In this document: piece by piece, positions 26,228-36,458 of the stretch
Numbering within the stretch: the stretch's first letter is position 1
Layout: each line of letters opens with the position of its first letter
IMG/VR virus record: IMGVR_UViG_3300031952_000008
Span: 1-64,000 of that record
Length of the DNA: 64,000 nt
Strand: one strand, 5' to 3'
Source of the DNA: a virus
The notes under the pieces: generated by a model
Told to the model about the DNA's origin: nothing
What the model saw: only the letters and a program-made list of their open reading frames with translations
Databases searched by the model: none
Program-made: the position numbers and the translations under genes

Positions 26228-29200
26228 TTATTCTATCTCTCCAAAGGTATAAGCATCATCAGTTTCAACACATCCCGAGCACCTCTTAATGAACATAAAA
26301 TAAGGAAGTTCCACAAATCCTCCACCAGTACAACTGAAATTAGTATAAGTACTGATGTTCTTAACTTGGTTAATTCCTGTAAAATTCATAAATAACTGGG
26401 GAGTAGTATTTAAAATTATAGTATAATCATTACTTACAAACCTATTCTTGATACAAGTATTTGAAAGACTTTCATTATACCTAAGATAAACACTAAAATT
26501 ATCAGTTGAATGACTAGTCACATTCCAGAAAGGATTACCGCCCATAGGGGCAACATTCTTACTGGTTGCACTTTTAGGGGAAACATACCATTCATTCATT
26601 CCTTTAGGAATAATAGATATAGTAAAATTGGAAAGTAAAACACTAGCATATAAATCATCATCAAAATAGTATTTAGTTCCGCCAATATTATAAAATCCTC
26701 TAATTCTAAAGTTTTGACCGGATAGATTTCCAAAAATAAATCTTAAGTCTGAAAAATTAATATTACCATTTTGTGTAGTAGTTGTATTAAAAGGAACAGT
26801 TATTTCTCCGCTAGTTGGATTACTAACTCCTGTATAAATAACTATATTAGATAAATTAATTTGACTATCTTCTTCCGAAGTAAACCTTATTGGAATAGTA
26901 CAACTTCCTTCGGTCATACAATTACTTTGTATATAATGATTTAACTCTCCTCTATCCAAATTTAATACCCAAGAACTATTAAGTTCGCCATTATAATTAT
27001 GTGAATAATCAGAAGAATTACCTATATAAACTTTAAGATTATAAGGATACCTATTTGCTATAACTTCCTTATCACTACTATTTTTATTAAAATCCGAGTA
27101 AAGTTTAACGGAACAATTCCAAGTTTCCCCAACATGACTACCATTAACTTGTATGGTAGAATTATAATTATATTCTGTAGTTAAAGGAGGAATACCTATT
27201 TCATTTTCGGTATATTTAGCAGTAGTTCCATTATAAAAAGTAATATTTATATAATAAGGTCCCATAGCTTCTTCATCAATATCTATACCAATAGAACAAC
27301 TAAAATTTGAACTAGCATAAAACTTAGCCGAACCACTATTATCTTTTTTAATCAAATCTACCTTAGATATAGTACTCCAGAAATTATCATAAGTAACATT
27401 AGTATAACTTGTATCAAACGTAAAATCGCCCAAACTACCAGGAGTACTATTAGCAACAATTTTAGGAGAACTAATAGCAACATTAGTATCCAAAGCACTA
27501 ACAGGAGTAAAGTCCATATTCTGTAATAATAACCTAGTTGTTGTAATACTTAAAGTATTAGAAGGAGCAGTACCTAAATAAACTGTTGAGTTTTTAAATA
27601 TTACTTCGGGAGAGGTTATAATAGCTAAAGTATTATTATTTAATATAGATATTAATTGTGAATATTTCAATTCAAATAAGTCGCCAGTGGAAACAAGCAT
27701 AAAGGAACCATAAGAAGTAGAAGTATCGGAAACAAAAACAAGACTACTACCAGCATCCGCTATAAAATCCCCATAAGTTGTTAATATATTATTACCGCTT
27801 TCATCTCCTATAAATCCTATAGAAATTAAACTGGTATTATAAAAATCTATATCATCATAACTAATAAAACTAGTATCTCCTCCAGTAGTAGAAAATGAAC
27901 AACCAATACCAAAACCACCACCTGAAAGAGAAATATCGCTATCATTAAAAACTGTTTTATCATAAGTATAAAATTTTACATCTCCACCTTTACAACCATC
28001 ATCTCCTACATCATTACCACTAATACCTCCAACAGTAGTAAAGGTTGATTTATAAGAATTTATAGTATTATAAAAATAGGTATATACATCTCCTCCATCT
28101 CCACCATCTGCATCTCCACTATTTATACTTGCCGCATTTCCACCTTCTCCACCAGTAGCGGTTAAGATACCCTCGCATCGTTCATTAGAGTAAGATTCAT
28201 TATAACCATAATAATCTGCGTATATATGACCACCATTTCCACCATAAGACGCTCTACTAGTAAGATAATTACATTTAATAGCACCAGCATTACTACCTTC
28301 TCCAGCAGTTAATGTAACATCAAAATTGGTAATATTAGCATAGTTTTCGTAAAAATTATAATAAATATTTCCACCAACCTGTCCTTCTTCGACAGAATAA
28401 GCAGTACTACCTGTTCCACATCTAGAACAACAAACTGATGCATCATCAGGGTGAGCACCAGTAGAACTAAGTGTTGAATTTATTATTTTAATATCATAAA
28501 ATTGGAAAGTAATATTAGCATCTAAAGGAACATAACCCATAGTATTATCATCCGCGGTTCCGGTATCTCCAGTAGCACAACTAGTGGCACATTGTGCATC
28601 GTTATCTCCAGCATCGCCAGGAATCATAACTGTATCAAAATTATAAATATCATCGGTTCCATTACCTATATTTTCCCAAAATAAAGTACTTACTCCACCT
28701 TGACCGCCATTCGTATTTTCAGAAAGTTCACAAGTATCCCAACCATATGTACTATAGGCAATAACTCCATTTCCTCCATCTCCATTAGTAAAAGTCATAC
28801 TAACATCATCAATATTAGAAGTATTATCATAAATATAATAATAAGTTTTTCCACCAGCACCACCATTTGCACTAGCAGAAGTACAATTATCGGTAATAGA
28901 ACCAGTTTTGGCATTACCACCTTTTCCTCCTATCAATAAAATAGTTACATTATTAAGAGTTAAACTATGTGAAGCATTTAATATAAAAATAGCAGAACCA
29001 CCAGCACCACCCTCAGTTGCTATATTAGTAGGAGTAGAACCATCACCACCATTTCCACCTGTAATAGTAATTATAGCATCCTTAATTTCAATATCTTCTG
29101 CGGTAATATTTAAAATACCATCAATACCAGGATTTGGAGGAGAATAACCATTAGCACCATTATTACCAATAATAGTAATAATACCAGTAAGATAAACCTT

Positions 29201-29389
29201 TCCTTCACTTGTTCCTATTATTTCTTCATTATACAAAGAACCATTAGCATAAACACCATATTTGCCCGCATTAAAAGAAGTTAAATTAATATAAACTATA
29301 TGGTTACCTTCATGTGTATGAGTTGCACTAGTAAAATTAATTAATGAAAGCAATAATATTAATAATATTAATAAAGTTTTTTTAATCAT
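26228..29389 (-). CDS. large Gly-rich, sequon-rich protein with Sec-type signal peptide
   Basis: MIKKTLLILLILLLSLINFTSA; repeated GGxGG; many NxS/T. Confidence 0.75.
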   Translation of the reverse strand: MIKKTLLILLILLLSLINFTSATHTHEGNHIVYINLTSFNAGKYGVYANGSLYNEEIIGTSEGKVYLTGIITIIGNNGANGYSPPNPGIDGILNITAEDIEIKDAIITITGGNGGDGSTPTNIATEGGAGGSAIFILNASHSLTLNNVTILLIGGKGGNAKTGSITDNCTSASANGGAGGKTYYYIYDNTSNIDDVSMTFTNGDGGNGVIAYSTYGWDTCELSENTNGGQGGVSTLFWENIGNGTDDIYNFDTVMIPGDAGDNDAQCATSCATGDTGTADDNTMGYVPLDANITFQFYDIKIINSTLSSTGAHPDDASVCCSRCGTGSTAYSVEEGQVGGNIYYNFYENYANITNFDVTLTAGEGSNAGAIKCNYLTSRASYGGNGGHIYADYYGYNESYSNERCEGILTATGGEGGNAASINSGDADGGDGGDVYTYFYNTINSYKSTFTTVGGISGNDVGDDGCKGGDVKFYTYDKTVFNDSDISLSGGGFGIGCSFSTTGGDTSFISYDDIDFYNTSLISIGFIGDESGNNILTTYGDFIADAGSSLVFVSDTSTSYGSFMLVSTGDLFELKYSQLISILNNNTLAIITSPEVIFKNSTVYLGTAPSNTLSITTTRLLLQNMDFTPVSALDTNVAISSPKIVANSTPGSLGDFTFDTSYTNVTYDNFWSTISKVDLIKKDNSGSAKFYASSNFSCSIGIDIDEEAMGPYYINITFYNGTTAKYTENEIGIPPLTTEYNYNSTIQVNGSHVGETWNCSVKLYSDFNKNSSDKEVIANRYPYNLKVYIGNSSDYSHNYNGELNSSWVLNLDRGELNHYIQSNCMTEGSCTIPIRFTSEEDSQINLSNIVIYTGVSNPTSGEITVPFNTTTTQNGNINFSDLRFIFGNLSGQNFRIRGFYNIGGTKYYFDDDLYASVLLSNFTISIIPKGMNEWYVSPKSATSKNVAPMGGNPFWNVTSHSTDNFSVYLRYNESLSNTCIKNRFVSNDYTIILNTTPQLFMNFTGINQVKNISTYTNFSCTGGGFVELPYFMFIKRCSGCVETDDAYTFGEIE

Positions 29390-32300
29390 AGTAACTACCT
29401 GTAATATTTATAGTTGCATTTTTAACCACTCTAACTCCATCAGTAATAGCATTAATACTTACTTTGGATGTGCTTACATTTTTAGGAGAGGTAGGTGTAG
29501 TTGTGTTGCTAATTAAACTACTACCTGCATTAGTTAAATAAGCTTTTATAGGATTAATATCTAAATTTAAATCTTGAACCGAATAAGTAATGGAAAGGTC
29601 TGTTAAACTAACAAATCTCTCTCCATCAAAACTAACATTTATAGGGAAAGTACAGAAAGGAGTAGTACAACTTGATATAGCACTACTTATAAGTGAAGTA
29701 TTAAAATTAATAAGAACATAATTACTGCCACTGGTATCTATTGATATAGGAAGATTTCCTGTATAGTTATAATCACTAATACCATCATTACCTACATCTA
29801 AAGTAACATTGTGAGGCCTATTACCTAATCCATCAAAATATAAATTATATAAATAACTTTTCTTTGAGCTGGTAGGTTTTAAATTAGCTTTCCACATAAC
29901 ATCTGCTCCTGAAGTATTAAAACTTACATTTTCACTATTACTTGTATAAGTATTAAAAGGAATAGGAAACCAATTATTTCCATTATCATTAGAAATATAA
30001 AAGTTAAGGGTTGAAGTATTTAAATAATTTAATTGTTCTATACTAACTGTTAAACTAGTAATATTTGAACTATTAGAATCTAACCTTGTCGAATAAATCC
30101 AACAACTAGAAGCAACTCCGCTAATCTCACTACTATATTGATTAAAAAATGCATCAAAATCACAAGTAGTAGTTGAACTGTTTATATAATCTAAATCTTC
30201 GAAATCTTCATAATAAGTATCTTTAGAACTTTGTCCTCTCATTCTAACCGTAAATGTTGAAAAAGGAGTTGATGAAGGAACTTCTATATAAGCTAAACTA
30301 CTTGTTCTACTAGTCGAACTACCATTATCACTATGATAAAAGTCTGACCCAGATTCATTAAATTTATTAACACTAGAACTGGTAGTAGAAATCATACCTG
30401 ATAAGTTAATATCTACATAACCATCATCACCTATATCAATAGTTAAATCTTCAGGATATGTAATATAACTTAAACGTATAATGAAATCACTAAAAGTAAT
30501 ATTTCCTCCAGTAGTTACACTAATATTAAATGGGAAAGTATATATTCCATCAGTAACGGTTATGTTACCATTAGTTATCCAATTATTTAAATAACTTTCG
30601 TCCAAAACTATAGTTATAGAAGGCTGTAAATAGTTTTCTGAATTATAAATAGTAAGAGAATTTGTAATATTAGGAATAGTTACCGAAATATTATAAGCAC
30701 TACTAGATTGTACCATAAATTGAATACTAGCAAACTTTATATATTGAGTATTACCAGTTCCAGATTGTTGCCTTTTATCTCTAAGAGTTAAATTAAAAAT
30801 CATACTTCCATTATCTGTAAAATTATAAGTTTTTGAAGTAACCTCGTTATTATACATATCATCCCAACCAAAAAGAGTTTGGTCGGAGTTCAATCCTGAA
30901 ACATCTAAACTTGCCGAAGTAATAGTAATATAATTAGGCAACTCTACATAAAATGCTTCATAATTATATAATCTATATTTAAGTAATATACTGGTTGAAT
31001 TATCCGAAAATTCATTAATCTTATTAGTATTAATAAGAGAAAGGTCATAACTGGCATTAAAAGTAGTATTTGAAACTCCGATAAAATAATCTATTCCTTT
31101 ACCTACCATATAAACATCTGAACCTACACTTAAATTATCCGAATTAACACTAACAATACTAACATTAGCAGTAGTACCATACTCATAAGTTCTATTAGCA
31201 AACAAACCATCTAAATTAAGATAAACATTTCTATCTAAAACACCTATATAAAACGTTCTATTCTCTCCCCAACCAACGCTATTATTAGTTCCGATAGTAC
31301 AACTTGCTGTACCGTTATAATTAAGTGCTGAATGTAATATTAATACATTTTTTATGTCCCAATTCATAGCCTCTTCATAAAGGGAAGAGTATGCTTCTTC
31401 ATTATCAACCGTCGAACTCCATAAACTCTCATTATGTTTAGCTCCAGTTGTCCAATCAGCATCCCATATTTTTGAAGAGGACGCACTACTAGTTTGTGTA
31501 CCAAAACTAGCACCATAAACCAAAGGAGCAACAGTTTCCCAAGTACTTCCATTCCAACAATCTCCCCTAGAACTAGGAGAAACATAAGTAATATTATTTA
31601 ATTTCATTGTTGCTGTTGAACTACAAAAAGCGGCACCATTAGTGATTCTACTAGCATAGGCTGATGTTTTTACAAAAATATTTCCGGTTAATGAACTAAT
31701 ATCAACGTTTCCAGAACTTATCCCCGAATAATTATAGTACCAATGGGTAGAATTAAGTTTTTCTATAATAAAATTATTACCTGCGTGAGAATATGAAGCA
31801 CCGCCATCACATTCCGCAACTATACCATCAGTATAAATAGTAACATCATTAGTTAGATTTGTGAAGATTATTCTTGTATAGATATTTGTAGATTCGCTGT
31901 GAGCACAAGCACCACATTGACCTGACATACTAAGGTTGTATAAAGTAATCTTAGATTTTAAAGCTATTTTTAAAGGGTCTATTGTACCATTTGTATAAAT
32001 ATCCATTTGACCATATTCATTAGTTCTACCAGTATCCATATAGGCACCAGCATCTAATTGAAGATAACCATTTACAATATAACTACCGGAACCATAAGTT
32101 GATTGGGCGGAATAATTATAAAACTTACTCAAATTAAGAGTTGAAGGTATAAAATTATCAAAAAGGAAAGGAGTTATACTAGAATAAAACCTATATTGTA
32201 AATTATTTTGTGACCAACAATCGGAAGGTATTGAAAAGTTTTTATCTATAGCCTGTCCACTAGATATATTATATCCATATTTTACACGCCACGAACTAGT

Positions 32301-35099
32301 ACTCATACTATTGATTAGTTTAGAATAATTAATATAAACATAGGAATCTGTATTAGTCGAATAATAATTTCCGGTACTTAATCCACCACAAACAGTAGAT
32401 ACATTAGCAGTTTCTTGATAACAAATATTAGGAGAATCTACTCCCAAAATTTCACAATCTACCTGGCTGGTATTTTCGGCCTGGATACTGAAAATAAACT
32501 CATTAGTTACTGGAGCAGTAACGTAATCTGAAAGATTAGTAATGTAAGTATAACTATTAAAGTTTTCCATTAAAGTAATATTCGAAATATTAACTACCCA
32601 AACCGGAACATCATTTACATATATAACATTTATACCAAGAGTTTGGTTAAGTCCATTAGCTCCTATGCTATCATTAACACCAATAATACAAGTTGCGTTA
32701 CCATACCAACCAAAAAAAGGAGATAATATAAGATTATTACCTGTTATATTACAATCTACCTGGCTAGTATTCTCGGATTTAATACTAAAAGTGGTACTAT
32801 ATCCGCCAGTATCATTAACATAACTAGAAAGGTTAGTAAGATAAGTGATGGTTGAACTATATTCATTAACTGAAATATTAGAAATGTTATAAAGCCAATC
32901 TATTTTAACATAAGTAAAATTAAGACAACCACTACTAGTATCTATATTTTGGTCGGCATAATTGACGCAATGTACATAAAGACAGTGATTGCCACCAGTA
33001 TAAGTATCAAAAACTGTGTAAGCATGAGAAGTAGTAGTTGTTGTGGCGAATTTATAATTGGGATTAGTAGCGACAGCGGTAGAATAATTAAGGTTGGTAT
33101 CTACTACTCCGGAACAATTAGCATTTTGACCAGTAGTTAAAGTAAGACTAAGAGTGTTACTATTTATAATAACATTTCCGTTACTATTCCAAAGAGTTCT
33201 ATTTCCTTCACTAAATACTGAACTTGTAATATTATAATTAGATATATTAGTATATGGGTGAATAGTTAAAGTAAAATTAGCTGGAGCTTGAAAACAAAAA
33301 CCAAGTATGTCACAAACTTCTACATTCCAATACCAAAGGTTGTTATCAGAAAGTGTTGCCTCAATTAAGTTAGCCGAGTTATTAACAACAGCACTAGCAT
33401 TAACTACATCTCCATGCCCACTCCAGATATGAAGTGTGGCATTAGAAATATTATTAACATAAGATTTAGGAGTATAACTAAAATTTAAAGTAATATTAGA
33501 AGTATAAGTTGTATTTGCTGGACTATTAAGAGTTACACTTATGTTTCCAGAAGCTCCACTTCCTACTGTGAAAGTATAATAGTTTCCACTGTTATTATTC
33601 AAAGCCGAGTCCCAACAACTAACATTATAATAATACTGACCATTGGAGAGACTAACTGCCTGACTAACATTACTCGCATTATAACTTTTATAATTGAATT
33701 GTGTAGTATTACCACTATCATAAACCCAAGAAACAGATTGAGGGTTATTATTTGTTGGAGTTCCTGTCTTAGTATAGTTTATACTTATCATGTTCCATGC
33801 TGATGCATGAGGTGCTCCTGAGTATATTCCTTTTAACCAAGTAATTGAACCATTGGTGAAAGGAAATCCTGAAGCTAAATTAGAATATGTGCAAGAACCC
33901 TCAGCTACCACTGGCATATCTAAAGAAAGATTTGTATTTGCTGGAAGATTAAAACTTCCTACAGCACTCGTTCCACTTCTTGTCCAATTAATAGGGTTAG
34001 TTCCATTATCATAAATAAATCTTTGAGTAGTCCTACCTAAGTTTTGCTCACCGCCACCAACAATATCATAAAATATACCTGTTATAGTAATATTTTCAGT
34101 GGCTCTTATTTTAATACCGCAAGAACCACCTCCAGAAGGGTCTCCCCAATCTAAATTTACACCATGAATAGCGGTTTCATTAACATAAGTAGTAACATTA
34201 TTCCAATTAACTATGCTACAATTTCCTCCAGCTTCATCAAGAGATAAATTAATAGCATTAACAGGAGAGCTTGTTGAACCATTGGCTGGAACAAAAGTTG
34301 TGATGTTTGGTGGTGTTATATCCCATCCATTTCCGCCACCATACAATGTTGCTATATCTCCTCCACAAATAGCATCTAATGAACAACTTGCATCATTTAT
34401 AGAATTATTAAAAAAATAATATTCATCAATGCTGACATTACCACTACCACTAGTTCCAGCACCTTGTCTATTAACACTTAAAAAGGTAGTTCCAACATTT
34501 TTAGCGTGAGCCCAAGATTCTCTATAAACACCATCTATGTATAAATATCCAATATTCGAACCCCATCTTAAAACTAAATGATGCCATTTTCCATCACTAA
34601 ATTCTGTTGTAAGTGATTCATCTGTTTGCCAATCATTACCTCCACCATAACCAGAGATTATAACATTATTAGAACTATCAAACCCAAATTGCACAAGTTG
34701 ATTTGTTGTATAAGTTCCAAAAGCAGTAAAATAACCATAATTATCTGCTGTTTGAAAAGGTCCATTGAACCACAATGATACTGTCCAATTACTTGCTCCT
34801 GAAGGTAAACCTGTTGGAGAAGCTTTGTTTGCATAATTAGTAATTCCACTACTAAAATTAACTGCTTTCCCACCACCAACACCAGTTATTTGATAAGTTG
34901 GAGAACCATACGCAGTTAAATTATTAATTCCATATTTCCCAGTTCCGTAATCTGTTATATTGCCACTGGTATCATTAAATGCCCAATAAGCTACTATATT
35001 CGCATTAGTTAAAGCACTAACCATACTTGCCATCACAAGTGATAAGATAAACATTAATCCAATTAAAAAAAATGATTTAAACTTCATTAGTAACACCAA
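29382..35099 (-). CDS. 1905-aa surface adhesin-like protein (signal peptide, LamG, Ig/cadherin-like repeats)
   Basis: Hydrophobic signal ..MVSA; LamG motifs WTVSLW, DGKWHHL, LYIDG, IDE; duplicated ENTSQVDC module; dozens of NxS/T. Confidence 0.8.
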   Translation of the reverse strand: MVLLMKFKSFFLIGLMFILSLVMASMVSALTNANIVAYWAFNDTSGNITDYGTGKYGINNLTAYGSPTYQITGVGGGKAVNFSSGITNYANKASPTGLPSGASNWTVSLWFNGPFQTADNYGYFTAFGTYTTNQLVQFGFDSSNNVIISGYGGGNDWQTDESLTTEFSDGKWHHLVLRWGSNIGYLYIDGVYRESWAHAKNVGTTFLSVNRQGAGTSGSGNVSIDEYYFFNNSINDASCSLDAICGGDIATLYGGGNGWDITPPNITTFVPANGSTSSPVNAINLSLDEAGGNCSIVNWNNVTTYVNETAIHGVNLDWGDPSGGGSCGIKIRATENITITGIFYDIVGGGEQNLGRTTQRFIYDNGTNPINWTRSGTSAVGSFNLPANTNLSLDMPVVAEGSCTYSNLASGFPFTNGSITWLKGIYSGAPHASAWNMISINYTKTGTPTNNNPQSVSWVYDSGNTTQFNYKSYNASNVSQAVSLSNGQYYYNVSCWDSALNNNSGNYYTFTVGSGASGNISVTLNSPANTTYTSNITLNFSYTPKSYVNNISNATLHIWSGHGDVVNASAVVNNSANLIEATLSDNNLWYWNVEVCDILGFCFQAPANFTLTIHPYTNISNYNITSSVFSEGNRTLWNSNGNVIINSNTLSLTLTTGQNANCSGVVDTNLNYSTAVATNPNYKFATTTTTSHAYTVFDTYTGGNHCLYVHCVNYADQNIDTSSGCLNFTYVKIDWLYNISNISVNEYSSTITYLTNLSSYVNDTGGYSTTFSIKSENTSQVDCNITGNNLILSPFFGWYGNATCIIGVNDSIGANGLNQTLGINVIYVNDVPVWVVNISNITLMENFNSYTYITNLSDYVTAPVTNEFIFSIQAENTSQVDCEILGVDSPNICYQETANVSTVCGGLSTGNYYSTNTDSYVYINYSKLINSMSTSSWRVKYGYNISSGQAIDKNFSIPSDCWSQNNLQYRFYSSITPFLFDNFIPSTLNLSKFYNYSAQSTYGSGSYIVNGYLQLDAGAYMDTGRTNEYGQMDIYTNGTIDPLKIALKSKITLYNLSMSGQCGACAHSESTNIYTRIIFTNLTNDVTIYTDGIVAECDGGASYSHAGNNFIIEKLNSTHWYYNYSGISSGNVDISSLTGNIFVKTSAYASRITNGAAFCSSTATMKLNNITYVSPSSRGDCWNGSTWETVAPLVYGASFGTQTSSASSSKIWDADWTTGAKHNESLWSSTVDNEEAYSSLYEEAMNWDIKNVLILHSALNYNGTASCTIGTNNSVGWGENRTFYIGVLDRNVYLNLDGLFANRTYEYGTTANVSIVSVNSDNLSVGSDVYMVGKGIDYFIGVSNTTFNASYDLSLINTNKINEFSDNSTSILLKYRLYNYEAFYVELPNYITITSASLDVSGLNSDQTLFGWDDMYNNEVTSKTYNFTDNGSMIFNLTLRDKRQQSGTGNTQYIKFASIQFMVQSSSAYNISVTIPNITNSLTIYNSENYLQPSITIVLDESYLNNWITNGNITVTDGIYTFPFNISVTTGGNITFSDFIIRLSYITYPEDLTIDIGDDGYVDINLSGMISTTSSSVNKFNESGSDFYHSDNGSSTSRTSSLAYIEVPSSTPFSTFTVRMRGQSSKDTYYEDFEDLDYINSSTTTCDFDAFFNQYSSEISGVASSCWIYSTRLDSNSSNITSLTVSIEQLNYLNTSTLNFYISNDNGNNWFPIPFNTYTSNSENVSFNTSGADVMWKANLKPTSSKKSYLYNLYFDGLGNRPHNVTLDVGNDGISDYNYTGNLPISIDTSGSNYVLINFNTSLISSAISSCTTPFCTFPINVSFDGERFVSLTDLSITYSVQDLNLDINPIKAYLTNAGSSLISNTTTPTSPKNVSTSKVSINAITDGVRVVKNATINITGSYYD

Positions 35100-36063
35100 A
35101 AGCTATCTTATCAAGACTGGTAAGTTTAGAAACTCCTTTATCTATTTCATATTGTCTAAAAGGATACTCTATCCAATTACGGTCTCCTACTGGTACAGAC
35201 ATTTCATTTAATGTATTATTAAAAATGTTTATATTAGGATTAATAATAGTTTTATTTCCGATAATCACTCCAGTTTTAAGTTTTGAAGTGTCTGAAACCA
35301 CTTCCGAAACTATACTCTTTTCTTCCACAACCTTAATTATAGTAACGTTCTTAATATCATAATGGTCGATTTGTGAGATAATATAATCATAACATTTAAG
35401 AACGGTTTTGTTAATGGTACAATCATAACAATGCATAGAAACGTTCTTGGATTGGTCAATACTACAAATATTAGTTAAAGTAACATTTTTATAAACCGGA
35501 GTAGAATCTATAGAGGTTTCGGTAACGTTCTTATAAGTAATTACTTCCCTCTCCACAGTCTTGTTAGTAAACGTGTACGACCAACTCGCCCATAAGGGGT
35601 CCACAGATACTTTACTAACTACAAAGCTCCACTTATAATATGCAGGTTGTGTGGCGTGTCCTACTAATTTGTTCAAATTATTCTTCCCACTCCAACAATA
35701 ACCATCATAGATAATTGTCCAATTCTTACTAAGCGAACCTGTCTTAGCTTTTTTAACATACCAATCTACAGTAATATTAGGGTTAGTACTAACTATATTA
35801 GATATTTTATTTAAATTAACCCAAACAGTAGTACTGTAAGGTTTTTTATATAAGTAATTACTGTTATTAGAGTATTCAAAACAAATTTTGGAAGAAGTAT
35901 TTACCGTAACAAACGCTTCACAAGTTAACCCATTACAAACCACGTCACCACTACTTATAAACTTAACCCCAGTAAGTAGGAAAAGGAAAGCAAATAATCC
36001 AACCAAGCCAACTGTAGCCCCTCCAGCTAACATCTGTTTATTTATAGTGCTATAAGTAGCCAT
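35077..36063 (-). CDS. membrane-anchored sequon-rich protein
   Basis: N-terminal TM (VGLVGLFAFLFLLTGV), Cys pairs, many NxT/S. Confidence 0.7.
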   Translation of the reverse strand: MATYSTINKQMLAGGATVGLVGLFAFLFLLTGVKFISSGDVVCNGLTCEAFVTVNTSSKICFEYSNNSNYLYKKPYSTTVWVNLNKISNIVSTNPNITVDWYVKKAKTGSLSKNWTIIYDGYCWSGKNNLNKLVGHATQPAYYKWSFVVSKVSVDPLWASWSYTFTNKTVEREVITYKNVTETSIDSTPVYKNVTLTNICSIDQSKNVSMHCYDCTINKTVLKCYDYIISQIDHYDIKNVTIIKVVEEKSIVSEVVSDTSKLKTGVIIGNKTIINPNINIFNNTLNEMSVPVGDRNWIEYPFRQYEIDKGVSKLTSLDKIAFGVTNEV

Positions 36064-36455
36064 TAGTCACCGGACCATTCTATCAAACTTAAGGAAAATT
36101 GAAAATGATTGAATACTCTATCTGCTGAATCGTCAAACGTTAAACCTTCGTTTTCTACGCAAAAACTCCCAACAATCCTACCATCATTGTAGTCGTGCTT
36201 CTTTCCATCTTGTAAACTTTCTAGTTTCTCCCTAATCTGTTCTTTAGTAGTAGCACCAGTAGAATAAATTATTCCATTTAACTGTATTCTCCAATCTAAA
36301 GCATCCATGCCAGGAATCTCATGTTTCGCTATCCTTTTACCTAAGGTTTGTTTAATAGTAGCAGTAACCTTAACAGGAGAGATACCAGTGACTAGCAATC
36401 CAACGGTTCCAAATAAAACTTCATTAACATCATCATAAGACGCAATCGTAATCAC
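36063..36455 (-). CDS. distal-tail-like protein
   Basis: Position right after the tape measure; small beta-rich protein ending FSLSLIEW. Confidence 0.55.
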   Translation of the reverse strand: MITIASYDDVNEVLFGTVGLLVTGISPVKVTATIKQTLGKRIAKHEIPGMDALDWRIQLNGIIYSTGATTKEQIREKLESLQDGKKHDYNDGRIVGSFCVENEGLTFDDSADRVFNHFQFSLSLIEWSGD

Positions 36456-36458
36456 CCA

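Noticed and set aside
24724-36063. Diversity-generating retroelement targeting the adhesins
   Set aside because: No reverse transcriptase and no adenine-mismatched TR/VR pair seen; the ENTSQVDC duplication differs at non-A positions.
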